A stretch of DNA of 62,165 nucleotides, the filler included, from Dimorphilus gyrociliatus (Eukaryota; Animalia; Annelida): NCBI GenBank assembly GCA_904063045.1. It is 4 parts of 4 records of this genome, joined end to end, with 100 filler letters (N's around TTAATTAATTAA, not from the genome) between each part and the next. Parts side by side here need not be neighbours in the genome. Positions count along the whole stretch, not along the records: positions 50,026 to 62,165 come from CAJFCJ010000212.1; 3 more parts are not named here. One strand, 5' to 3'. The position numbers were made by a program, and so were the translations under genes. Under the pieces are notes generated by a model. It was given only the letters and a program-made list of their open reading frames with translations, was not told the DNA's origin and ran no database searches. Shown piece by piece: positions 50,026-62,165 of this stretch (positions within the stretch are counted from its first letter, which is position 1; the number at the start of each line of letters is the position of its first letter).

Positions 50026-51624
50026 TATACCTTGCTAGTGTCACTTAACTGGGTGTTTGACTGTGCTCATCTGCATTGCCACGTTCATGCCATGTCATTA
50101 TTTACCTTGTGATATAACATCAAGTTGGACTGTCCCAGCTCTGGGCTAAGTCAAACTCCCTTCTTAAGTGAGGCTCACATACTGACACTTACATATTGAT
50201 GTTCACATACTGACTCACATTCACTCATAACATGTAATGTGAACAGAATGTTAGCATATAACGTTCTGTTTACAAATATTAATAATATAATACAATAAGT
50301 ATTTGAAAGATGATTCAAATAATTGAAGCAATATATGCTATTTTTAAATAAGCAGGTGGCAATGTTTAGGAAAGTATGAAATGATTTATAGAGAAGGGAA
50401 ATTTTAAAACTAATACTATTTGTAATTATCACTATAATACAACTGAAGAGATATGTCTAAAAATGGATGAAAATTTGGCCAGGTGAACATAAAGATATAT
50501 AATTATCTATTTTCTATTTGATGCATTATTGTATTAAATCCTTCTTTCAGCAAATGTGAATATGTCTTCTCAATTAGTCTACTCTCAATAATGATTGTCT
50601 GTTCAACTTTTGTAATGCTATATTGAAATTGATAGAACTCAATTGATATTTCATTAATTTCGATAGATCTTTCAATTTACAGAAAGATCTTATTAAAAAT
50701 CCTATATTTTATTGTTGGTATGATAGAAAATCAACTGTATTATATTGTCCAATTGTGAATTAATCATTCCTGAAAGTGCATTAGACTATTCCCAATGATT
50801 TCAATACAAGAGAAATTTTACAAAGAAGATGAAGTTTTATCTGGAAATTTCATAGAGGAAGAAATTTTTGATAATCATAAGCAATTATTTTTTTAAATCT
50901 ATAGTTTTCAAACTGGGAGGAAAGAGATTCAAAATGAAATGTAAACTTCAAATTCCATTTCTTTCTTCCAGTGTTGAAAATATTTCTCTAGTTTGCAAAG
51001 TTAAGAATTCTTTTCAAAGATTAACAAATTCCTATGGAATGTTCATGATCTGAATATTTAATAATTAATAAGGAAAGGAAAAATATGGTTAAATTTTATA
51101 TCTATAATCAACAAATGGTAATTATCAAAGAATTTTGAAAATATTTCCACAAATTCAAGTAGTTTTTTTATATAAATTAAATTTGCATAAAATATTCAAG
51201 AAAATTGAATACTCAATTCTGTTGTATTTTTTTTTGATGTTTTCAGAATATTTGTGTGGATAGTAGCCTTATCCCTGAATCTTTCTTCAAAGAATCCAAT
51301 TTAAACTCATCTAATTATTTTGAAGAAAAGATTCTGTACCAGATTCTGTTTTGCTTGTATCATGGAATTGTAGGCAATTCCATTTAAATTTTAATTTTGG
51401 TTACTCTTTGTTTCTCTCACACTGTTCTGTTACACTCACTCTCTTTTATACCTCGCTAGTGTCATGTAACTGGGTGTTTGACTATGCTCATTCGTGGTGC
51501 AATGTTCATATCACATCGCTATTTTCCCGGTGATGTGACATTGGCTCACCCACTGTCCCACCCTCTAGCTAAGTCAAACTCCCTTATTAAGTGACATTAA
51601 CCTACTAACGTACACTCACTGACT
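50026..51624 (-). repeat. Copy 1 of a 1.6-kb inverted duplication (partner 58397-59998)
   Basis: Near-identical reverse complement with scattered SNPs and indels. Confidence 0.95.
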
Positions 51625-51639
51625 GAAAGAAAATATCAC

Positions 51640-52156
51640 CATTTATGGAATATTGAAAGATGATTATTATATGCATGAGATGCACTTCTACATAGATAAT
51701 CAACTTTTGAAAGTAAAAGTAGATTACCTTATTCTTCAAAATGGGAATCTTGTCCAATGGAAAGACCAATCTCTAAACACATATTTTAATACAAGAGATA
51801 TTACAATGGATGTCAATGCTAATTCAATACACCTGAATTTTCCAAAGTTTGGCAAGAAACATGAGAAAAATAGCTTTTTCGTAAAGAAATCAAGAAATTC
51901 TATGACTGGTGTATATTTGGATATTTTTTTAAACAACATAAATTCTTATGAATTGGCTGGTGGAGTCCTGGGCGAAGCTGTTAAGAAATCATATCAATTC
52001 TTTCATCCAATTCAAAGTTTAAAGGCATCAGTAAAAATAAATGATAAAATTTATCCAAGTAAAGTTATTGACAGAGCTGGAGACAAATGTTGGTTGATTA
52101 GTGTCACTGACATTCTATACCCTAAAACACTTAATCAATTTATTTCATATAATTAA
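51640..52156 (+). CDS. Inter-alpha-trypsin inhibitor heavy chain C-terminal-like domain (3' exon or fragment)
   Basis: YLDIF..GGVLG..F..K..CWLI..DIL.P pattern typical of invertebrate VIT-VWA-ITIH C-termini. Confidence 0.55.
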
Positions 52157-53399
52157 CTAACAATAAAGGATTCTTTTCCAGTTTTCAAAATACATGTAAA
52201 CTTATCTTTATTGTATAGGATAAAAATGGTATTTACACTACAATTTTATAATTTTTCTGACCATATTTACAGCCTTTTCTTTGTTCTAACCCTACTTTTT
52301 TTCTTATGAACATTCAAATTAATCAGCTGTCTTAAATGAGAGTTTTTTAATTTTTTGTCTGGATTTTTGAACTAGAAAATGGGCAAAAACAACTCTGTGT
52401 CATTGTACTCCACTTCAATACTTATTTTCAGTGTTATTGCTCACAATACAAAATTGAAGAAAAGGTCCCATACAGATACACACATTTATTATCCCATCAA
52501 TTCTTCTTTAAACAACTAGTATTGAATTAGTATTGAGATGTGCTGATAGTTTTAAGTAAAGGTTCAGTAGTGGCAATCTTTTCGTATTTTCTTGCTGCTA
52601 ACATATTCTAAAATGTTCTTCAATAAATCTCATAAAATAAAAGAACACAGGAAAGCAAATATTGCCCTTTCTAATCAAGACTCTGGCTGTTTTTTACTAT
52701 ATTCCCCAAAAGAGAGGCACAAGTTCTAAAAATTTTATAGGGTCATATTTTGAAATTCGTAAATTGCCACACTGTTCACAATTATTAAACTTGGGAATTA
52801 AAGATTTGAGGCCATTCATTCAAAATATATTTTCGCAAATTTCCAACCTCCCTACCTTGTTCATTTAAATCACATTCATATAATTTCAGATTTTTAAAGT
52901 ACTTGATGACATTTGAAGTACTTTACAAATATTCCAAAATTCATTTTTTATCCATACATTCGTCAGCTATACCCTACAATAGATAAGTAGTATTGAACCA
53001 GTATTGTACTATGCAGATAGCACTGATATGACCATATTTACAGCTTTTCTTTGTCATCAAATGTTACTTTTATTTTAGTGAACATTGAAATTTGTCAACT
53101 ATCAATGAACCCTTTAAAGAGTATATAAACCCTATGAAATTAACAATTGATAATTCAGTTCTCTAACCATCAGCTGGTTGTTTAAACTAGCTTGTTTAGA
53201 ACTAGAAACTCATTTTATTCAATACATATTCTTTGGACGAAATACTCATGTTTTGTTGAAAATTTTGTGAAACTTTACACAAAAATCTTTATCTCTAGTT
53301 GTTATGGGCTTTAAAAAAGAAGGAATGTCTATTGTGAAGTTTCCTTCAGTTGTAAAGACTGGATAATTCTTTTTGTTATACTTTCTTCTTATATTTGTT

Positions 53400-55505
53400 T
53401 TGTTTAGTTTTTTAACATGTTTGTATATTTTACAATTGATGTTCCATAACTAAAATGAAACATTGAGCAAATTTTATAAAGTTCCCATGTTTTGAGGTAC
53501 AAAATTGACAGCCAAAAAATTTTCTTATGGAGAATATAAACTGTTGCTGTAATTTTCTTTTGAAATATAACTTGAGCTGGATAGAGGATTCCAATATTTG
53601 CTACATCTAATTTAACTGTTAGGGAAATATTATAAAAGGAAAATATAAAATCAACCACCTTAAACTATTTAGGGTATTCTTGGTCAACAATTAAACATTA
53701 TTCTTTTTTATTAATTATATTAATTGTATACTAAAGAAAATTTAACAAAATATACTATCTAAATTTGATGTCAAATTTTTGCAATTTGGAATTATCAAAA
53801 AGCTTTTATAGTGTTTATGATGTTTATCATTTTTTTAATATCTCACACCCAGATACAAATTTTTCTACATCTACTTTACAGTAGAGATATGCATAAGATA
53901 TTTCTCTAAAAAAATTTTTTAATAAAGTACACACAATGATAACTCACAGACAAATTAACCTTTTGATTTCCAAGATTTTTGAAGTTTCGGCTTCACATTG
54001 AAGATTGAGTTTATTACATAATTTAGTGCAGACTATATGGAATTTGTGATAACTGATATGAGTATCAACAATAACTGGATAAATTGGGCCGTATGTTTTC
54101 GATACTATATTGTACAGTCCCATTTTATGCATCTTACTGTTTTCATCAATAAAAGAATCATAATCCATGTTTTTAATTGGTTTAATATAATAATCTACAA
54201 TAAAATTTTAAATACTTTCAAATTAACCTATATAAATAATTTATATAAGTACCATTTTAATTCATCAAATGTACAAATAATTTCACTATATCTATTTTTA
54301 TTATTTCAAACATAAAAAACAAATTCAAAGTTATTATTTCTGTCAAATGTAACATATCTTTTAAACCAATAAATTTCATGGTCAACTTTGGAGTTACGCA
54401 AAGATAATTTACAAAGTGTCTTGATGGAATCTTTCAGACCCCATAGTGTATAAGAAGTAGAATTATCTCTTAGAAAAACATGATATATATTGTGATATGC
54501 AGGAACTGAATAAAAATCTAGCTTTGGAAAATTTGTTTATATAAAAAAAAAGTTAAATGGTATTAAAACTATACATGATGCGCTTTTAAGTCAAATGCTA
54601 ACAATATTTCATAAGAACATGCAGCTGCATTATTTGTTAGGTGTAGTTCGTCATTTTATTTATACTTGGTTTAAAAATTACCTTTTGCCATTACCTTTAA
54701 GAACAAAAGGACTGAATGATCTCAAAAAAAACATACAACTCAATGGTTTTTTTTTGCAGGAAAAACTGATAAAATTGTCTGCAAACGTTCTAAACTTTAA
54801 ATCACATGTTAACAGCTTTCCATTAATATTACATAGAGAAATAATTATCACACCATCCTGTAAAATAAATAATTATGACTATCCAATTAATGTAATGAAT
54901 GCCAAAAATAAGAACATTATTCCTGTCGTATTTGTTGACTTTGCATAAATCAACTGTCTTGTTATCATCATAATTTTCACAAATATATATACAAGCAATA
55001 ACAGCTGAGGCTTCTTCTTCATTAAAACCAAAAGAATAAATTTCAAGATGACTAGTTATAATATTTCTAATTTCTTTTTCATCATAATGAAGGGATGATA
55101 TCATTGAAAGAGTTTTCTTATCATGTAACAATTTTATATCTGCAAGAAAATAGCATAAATCAAAGGGTAAGAAATATTTTTTAAATATTTTAATTAATTG
55201 AACCCTTTAATTCCATAAAATCACATTTATTTGTCAATTTTAATAAGAGATATATTATTCATAATAAATTGAATACTGTTGTTCATATGTACTTGAACAT
55301 ATTTTGTTTCGTTGACTTTTTCTTCCAAATGGTTATAAGGGTTTTTTGAATTGAAAAAAGTATTTTTACATAGTTTTTTAATCTGTGTTGGATGACTTTG
55401 GACAGGATAAGCCCATCCTTTGCTTTGGTAATAAATGAAATAGTTTCCTTCCTCGTAGCTAAGAGTAAAAAAATCTAGTAAAAATGAAAGAAACTGTAAA
55501 ATCAT
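53400..55505 (-). CDS. Multi-exon secreted protein with divergent SRCR-like modules
   Basis: Signal-like MILQFLSFLLDFFTLS; GNYFIY..GWAYPV..LCK and GLYNIV..YGPIYPV..LCNKLNLQC modules. Confidence 0.35.
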
Positions 55506-56033
55506 AAAAGAATATTGATTTTAAATTTTTTTTACAATTGTTTTGATTTTTTTTGAAACATTTCAAAATTAATTTGTATCCATGACATGAAGTAGACTCA
55601 ATGCTAATTAGGATAGATGAAATCATAAAATTAGATTATTAAACTGAAGAAAATAAATATTACAAACAATTGACAACAAGAATATGTCCATTTATAGAGT
55701 CGAATGCAAGTACTATCAATTGTATTGCCTTCTCTAGCTATTCCATAGAATGAGTCATAGTTTAAAAGTTCACAAAATTGAGTTACGTGACTTATGTAAA
55801 AATCTTCTTTTAAATTTGAAATAGGTTTTAGAAAGTGTAGTTACTGGTTGCAGCTTGTGTCAAAAGAAAATTGAAAGTTTAAAATATGACCCATGAGTAG
55901 TTTATAACAAGTACTCTATGAATATGATAGGAAGGTATAATATTAATAGGCTAGTGTGAAAAGAACATTTTAAAAATAAAAATACTCACCAAAATATGTA
56001 AATAATTCATAAACTAGAAGAGGTAGAAAGTGT

Positions 56034-56520
56034 TTGAAAATTTCTAACAAAACTAGACAAAATTTCCTACACAGTAGTCAAATTTTAAAAAAAAGTCGGT
56101 TGTACCGAACATTTCTTTCAGCACTGTATATAGAAGGTGACAGTAATTATTATTATTTAGACAATAAGAAATTTCCAAACTATTATTCCAAATATCTCTG
56201 TGAATACTATGGATATGATAGCATGTTTTACTTATCTATGAGCTACGGAGTACAAGGAAAAAGCACAGATAAAACTGCAAACTTATCTAAAATCAGACAA
56301 TGAAACTCAATATAAAGTTTTGTGAGTAATATATTGGTTTCATCTACCGAAATTACATTTGTTGAGACTATTTGTGCACAAACTTCAAATGTTTTATTTA
56401 TGTGAGTACTTTGGTGAATTGGTAAATGATTGAAAGGGACAATTACTGTTGTGACAAACCAGAAATTCCTACAATTACAATACAACAAAGTACAAAAACC
56501 ATAGACTTCGATTTGGACAG
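56034..56520 (+). CDS. SRCR-like module exon related to 31053-33191
   Basis: ALYIEGD..YSKYLCEYYGYDSMF resembles the LC..FG.D module. Confidence 0.35.
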
Positions 56521-56699
56521 TTAGAAAACTGAACTATCAACTGTTAATTTTGTAGGGTTTTTATACTCTTTTTAAGCGTTGATAGTTTACAAATTATTTT
56601 AATGTTCACAAAATCAAAAGTAACATTTTAAGACAAAGAAAAGTTCTAAATATGGTCATGTTTTTATAGTTTTTCCTCTTCCAAATAATAGTTGAATTT

Positions 56700-57150
56700 T
56701 GAAGGTTGGAGAGTTGCATAACACAAAATAAGTTCATGGAATACTGAAGCAAAAAGAATCCGAATGTTAAGAAAGTACAATCGAGATAAAGCTAGACTCC
56801 TTGTTGAAAGACTTCCTCCCAAAACATCAGAAAAAGATACATGGGGAGCCTTAGACTTAGAGTTTAACCCTCCCCCAATTATCTATAAAAGAAATGCTGA
56901 AAGGTTGAAGCAATTAACTGATGAAACTGTAACCAGTTTTGTTGGAAGAGCAAGCGATCTTATTGAGAAATTCCCTGCCTCGAAATGGAAATGATCAGCC
57001 TGCCGTGAGTGAAATGATAAGAGAAATACAGTTAATAAGCACCTTGAGATCCAGCCTGAGGGCTGATATAGTCAACCATGTGGAACAACACAGGAATATT
57101 GACAATGCAAAACAAAAACTGAGGCTACAACTTGGTCCCAGCTAAATTCC
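56700..57150 (+). pseudogene. gag: LTR-retrotransposon gag fragment
   Basis: TWGALDLEF..AERLKQLTDETVTSFVGRASDL (Retrotrans_gag LxQxxxEtvxxF pattern). Confidence 0.6.
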
Positions 57151-57849
57151 TTGACAACTACAAACATTATTGATATTACAAATGGTTGGATTTTTTACTG
57201 CCAAGTTTAACTTTCTCTTTCTATTTAATCAAAAGTTAGAGAAGAGAGAAAGGTGAAGAATTTAACTAGCCAAAATTGAATAGGAAATTTAAGATAACCC
57301 TGGTTATTAGAAATGAATGAAATTGGGATAAATACCACAGTTGTACTGTAACTGAGTTAAACCATCAAAGTGTATTTGAGACTGAAAAATTCTAACATTA
57401 ATTACTATTTTTTATATGTAAAAATTTAATTCTCATCCTACATGAGTTTATCCAAATGAATGTTGACACTTTAACATTACAGATGATTAAATACTTTGGC
57501 TCAATTGTCTTAACACATCTGTTTTATTCTTTCTAAAATGATAAATACTCAAATATTTGTATATTCTTACTTAGATTTTACTCTTTTATATAAACCATTG
57601 GATTTTTTGGTAATTCTATCTGAAAAATCAAACAAACATTTATGTAAAACTGGATTCTAAAAGAATAGTTTGTTCAAATTGCTTAAAATATGACACACTA
57701 ATATTCCAAAATTAAAATGGTGGTATATTGATATAGAATATAAATGAATTAGAAATATATATCACTGCATGTTCTATTCTTCTTTTAGTAGTTTTAGTTT
57801 TCATATTGTCCAACAGGCGGACATTTAGATATTTGTATAAAAAATTATA

Positions 57850-58330
57850 TTTAGAGTAAAAATTTAGGTACGACTGAAAAAGATAAAGCATGAGTTTGTC
57901 ATCCTTAACAAATGACTTTTAAATAATATATAAGCAATTTGAAGAAATGCTAAATTCAGATAAACTATTTGACGAGTTTTTTAGACCATCACGAATGCAT
58001 TCTAATCCATTATGAATATTTTTATTATCTCTCACATTCAATGTTTCAATTCTAAAAATTTTTACCCAAAATTTTATCTACATCACAATTTTCTAATTAT
58101 ATTACTTTTAACTTGTCTGATGATTATTTTAATCCATTCAAAATAGTTGAAAATCCATTTTTCTTTTGATAATTACCATAAAGGTCTATTTCTTCAATGT
58201 TGTGATAATTCATAAATAATTGTCCAAGTGCTTTACACATTTCTACATTCAAATCATAAAACTCAAAACTCAAAATGTAAATACTCTGATTTTCATCCAA
58301 AAATGTGATGAATTTCAATGTTTTTATGAT
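57850..58330 (-). pseudogene. Ribonuclease-inhibitor-like LRR exon(s)
   Basis: CKALGQLFMNYHNIEEIDLYGN..GFSTILNGL. Confidence 0.55.
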
Positions 58331-58363
58331 TTTTCAAGAGCTTTACATATTTTTAATAATGAC

Positions 58364-58665
58364 TGAACAGAACGTTACATGTTATGTGTCAGTATGAGTC
58401 AGTGAGTGTACATTAGTAGGTTAATGTCACTTAATAAGGGAGTTTGACTTAGCTAGAGGGTGGGACAGTGGGTGAGCCAATGTCACATCACCGGGAAAAT
58501 AGCGATGTGATATGAACATAGCACCACGAATGAGCATAGTCAAACACCCAGTTACATGACACTAGCAAGGTATAAAAGAGAGTGAGTGTAACAGAACAGT
58601 GTGAGAGAAACAAAGAGTAACCAAAATTAAAATTTAAATGGAATTGCCTACAATTCCATGATACA
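58364..58665 (+). repeat. LTR-like repeat A (homologous to 59750-60035; both also in the inverted copy)
   Basis: Shares ACAGAACGTTA, GGGAGTTTGACTTAGC, AGTCAAACACCCAGTT and CTAGCAAGGTATAAAA with repeat B; TATA and ATTAAA signals. Confidence 0.6.
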
Positions 58666-59998
58666 AGCAAAACAAAATCTGGTACAGAATCTTTTCTTCA
58701 AAATAATTAGATGAGTTTAAATTGGATTCTTTGAAGAAAGATTCAGGGATAAGGCTACTATCCACACAAATATTCTGAAAACATCAAAAAAAATACAACA
58801 GAATTGAGTATTCAATTTTCTTGAATATTTTATGCAAATTTAATTTATATAAAAAAACTACTTGAATTTGTGGAAATATTTTCAAAATTCTTTGATAATT
58901 ACCAATTTGTTGATTATAGATATAAAATTTAACCATATTTTTCCTTTCCTTATTAATTATTAAATATTCAGATCATGAACATTCCATACGAATTTGTTAA
59001 TCTTTTGAAAAGAATTCTTAACTTTGCAAACTAGAGAAATATTTTCAACACTGGAAGAAAGAAATGGAATTTGAAGTTTACATTTCATTTTGAATCTCTT
59101 TCCTCCCAGTTTGAAAACTATAGATTTAAAAAATAATTGCTTATGATTATCAAAAATTTCTTCCTCTATGAAATTTCCAGATAAAACTTCATCTTCTTTG
59201 TAAAATTTCTCTTGTATTGAAATCATTGGGGAATAGTCTAATGCACTTTCAGGAATGATTAATTCACAAATTGGACAATATAATACAGTTGATTTTCTAT
59301 CATACCAACAATAAAATATAGGATTTTTAATAAGATCTTTCTGTAAATTGAAAGATCTATCGAAATTAATGAAATATTCAATTGAGTTCTATCAATTTCA
59401 ATATAGCATTACAAAAGTTGAACAGACAATCATTATTGAGAGTAGACTAATTGAGAAGACATATTCACATTTGCTGAAAGAAGGATTTAATACAATAATG
59501 CATCAAATAGAAAATAGATAATTATATATCTTTATGTTCACCTGGCAAATTTTCATCCATTTTTAGACATATCTCTTCAGTTGTATTATAGTAATAATTA
59601 CAAATAGTATTAGTTTTAAAATTTCCTTCTCTATAAATCATTTCATACTTTCCTGAATATTGCCACCTGCTTATTTAAAAATAGCATATATTGCTTCAAT
59701 TATTTGAATCATCTTTCAAATACTTATTGTATTATAGTTATTAATATTTTGTAAACAGAACGTTATATGCTAACATTCTGTTCACATTACATGTTATGAG
59801 TGAATGTGAGTCAGTATGTGAACATCAATATGTAAGTGTCAGTATGTGAGCCTCACTTAAGAAGGGAGTTTGACTTAGCCCGGAGCTGGGACAGTCCAAC
59901 TTGATGTTATGTCACAAGGTAAATAATGACATGGCATGAACATGGCAATGCAGATGAGCACAGTCAAACACCCAGTTAAGTGATACTAGCAAGGTATA
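58397..59998 (+). repeat. Copy 2 of the 1.6-kb inverted duplication
   Basis: Reverse complement of 50026-51624. Confidence 0.95.
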
Positions 59999-60035
59999 AA
60001 ATGGAGTGAATGTAATAGAACAGTGTGAGAGACAC
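59750..60035 (+). repeat. LTR-like repeat B (3' truncated)
   Basis: Starts TGTAAACAGAACG; diverged homolog of repeat A. Confidence 0.6.
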
Positions 60036-60059
60036 TAATTTTTTTCTAAACCATACCTT

Positions 60060-60690
60060 TTTACCTGACAGATTTCTAATGAAAGATATCAATGAAAATG
60101 GCTTTCAAATTATAATATTTGCAACAAATAAGCAAATTTAACTTCTTTCCTCAACTGAAACATGGTTTCTTGATGGTACTTTTAAACATGCTCCTAATCC
60201 TTTTATACAAATTTTCTCTATCCATGGATATATATATATAATATGATAATATCATTCAGCATCAATTTAAAAAGATTAAAAGAAATTTAACTGAGATTGA
60301 CAAATTATGTGATCTTGTTAAATACATGGAGGACACATGGATATACAATAGTCTCTGGTTACCAAATAATTGGTCAGTGTTTAAGAGAGCTATTCCAACA
60401 AATAATGACTTGGAAGGTTTCCACAACAAATTTAATAGAAATTTACAAGAAAATTCTTCATTTTATTGCACTGTAGATGAATTAAAGAGAGAAAGTGATC
60501 TAATTGATGTTTATCAAAAGCTACTATCAGAAAAGAAGATTTGTAGGATACAAAAAAAAATCTATACCAACATACAGTAGAATATTTATGAAATTTGGGA
60601 TGAATTTCAAAATAGTGATATTTGTGTTGGTGAGCTTTTGGAAAAATGTTCAGCAATTTATCATGTTTCTACTCTAAATAATTCTATTAC
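60060..60690 (+). pseudogene. Internally deleted MULE transposase fragment related to 27646-29769
   Basis: IIIFATNKQ..TWFLDGTFKHAPNPFIQIFSIHG joined to YMEDTWI..WSVF..TNNDLEGFHNKFN. Confidence 0.85.
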
Positions 60691-60845
60691 AATTTAATAC
60701 ACATGTAAAAAATAATTTTTTCACTGTCTCTATTATTTCAACTAAAAGTATTATTACTTTTAAAGTCATTATACAACTTTTGTAGTTTTGATGTAATAGT
60801 TAGGCACAATGGGCGTTTTTTTTATAACATGGTTATTTTAATTTT

Positions 60846-60988
60846 ACTAGTTCAACACCAGGTTTTAGCAATAACCATTTGAAATACTTTGTGATTACAA
60901 TTATTTCATAATTTTATTGATATTATAATTTAACTAGTTAAACACCAGGTTTTAGCAATAACCATTTAAAATACTTTGTGATTACAAT
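60846..60988. repeat. Two-copy direct repeat (~56-bp core, 87-bp period)
   Basis: ACTAGTT(C/A)AACACCAGGTTTTAGCAATAACCATTT(G/A)AAATACTTTGTGATTACAAT at 60846 and 60933. Confidence 0.85.
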
Positions 60989-61121
60989 ATTTTAAAATTT
61001 TATATATATTGTATACTAAAAATTTTACATTCTTAAAAAATAAAAGAAATTAAAAAAAAAATATATTTTGATATATGTTAAACTGAAAGTAAATATACAA
61101 AACTCCATGATCAATAAAAAA

Positions 61122-62165
61122 ATGGCTACCTTACAATATGTTATAAATCAGCAAACTTTAAAATGTGCAATTTGTTTAGAATCCTGGATAGGGAATGGCC
61201 CTAGGATATTTCCTTGTCAACATACCTTTTGCTTCAAATGTGTACAACAATTACCAGTTCGCAATCATGAAATAACCTGTCCAACTTGCAGAAACCAAGT
61301 CAAAATACCTTTTTGCCAATTTGATCAAATACAAAAAAATCGACTGGAACAATCAATAGAATGTCAAGAAAAAAACCTTTGCAACAATCATGGTAAGGAG
61401 GGATTAATTTATTGCCAAACACATAATATTGAAAATTTATGTATTTTCTGTTTGGATGAAAATCATGAAAAATGCTCTACAATTTCAATGATCAAATTCA
61501 CAAAATTAAAAGAAAAACTGAATACAGTCTTCTTAAAAGACCAAGAAAGTACAAAAAAATTTTAGCAAAAATTGATGACTATGAAAGGAAAGCAATGATT
61601 AACTTGAAATTGGAATTTGAATATATAAGAAACAAATATATTCAATTAAATGTTTTGAGACATAGCTTTTTTAAAACATTTACAAATCAAAGTGACAAAT
61701 TGGAAACTCTTTTCGAAACTTCCTTAAAAACAACCTTAGAAATCTTTAATAATATACACACAAACTACATTTTTCATCACAGTTTGGATAAAATAAAAGA
61801 AAATGATATAAAATATTTTGATGAACTTCAAATGACAAAATTTTTAAAACTAAAAAGTATTTTGAAAATGAAAGCAATGAAATTGTAGAACTCTCTACAC
61901 AGAATAATACTGACAAGAAAATAAATGACTTAGCTGAATCAATAGAATTAGGACAAGACATAACACTAGTAAGTTTCCCTAACTCAACTTAAATGAACAA
62001 CACTGTTGGGAAATTGGACATCTCATAAAGGATTCTTCATCAATTAAAACATAAATCTTCAAGGAAATATAAATGTGGGAAATGGATATTTAATGTTTGT
62101 CAATCACTTCAAAAATCTTCTAATACTTTGAGAGAGCTTCACTTGGCTTCATGTAATTTGAATGA
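61122..62165 (+). CDS. TRIM-like protein: RING, B-box, coiled coil, then LRRs (frameshifted; runs off the window)
   Basis: CAICLESW..FPCQHTFCFKC..CPTCR; CNNHGKE..YCQTH..LCIFC..NHEKC; downstream NLQGNINVGN..LRELHLASCNL. Confidence 0.8.

Overview
This window is not one locus. It is four AT-rich eukaryotic contigs joined by artificial 100-bp linkers (44 N + TTAATTAATTAA + 44 N at 27339-27438, 40322-40421 and 49926-50025). Contigs 1, 2 and 4 look metazoan, with short GT-AG introns, an LGR/GRL101-type GPCR and a TRIM-like gene. Contig 1 holds the 3' part of a Ty3/Gypsy LTR retroelement with an unusual order (RT-RNaseH-IN, then an aspartic protease, an acidic linker and a class III gB/rhabdo-G-like env, PPT, LTR). 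It also holds a transposon graveyard: KDZ-like remnants, a MULE split by a Harbinger that contains a hAT, a second hAT and a Tc1 remnant. Contig 2 has a spliced PHD-FLYWCH-MULE transposase, an SRCR/C-lectin/LDLa/LRR/7TM receptor region and two MULE-type MITEs containing TTAGGG-like motifs. Contig 3 (40422-49925) is gene-dense, apparently intronless and very AT-rich, with CCC motifs before start codons. It is most likely from a microsporidian. It carries DNA polymerase kappa, a 1.7-kb integrase DNA transposon with ~235-bp TIRs and a 15-bp target-site duplication, a nearly intact IR/DR Tc1, NOP56/58, RFWD3-like, tRNA-Ser(TGA) and condensin Cnd1. Contig 4 has a 1.6-kb inverted duplication of an LTR-flanked LRR fragment, ITIH-like, SRCR-like and gag fragments, and a RING-Bbox-coiled-coil-LRR gene. 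Single-base indels are common even in essential genes, so many apparent frameshifts may be sequencing errors. All protein calls come from motif recognition by eye, not database searches.
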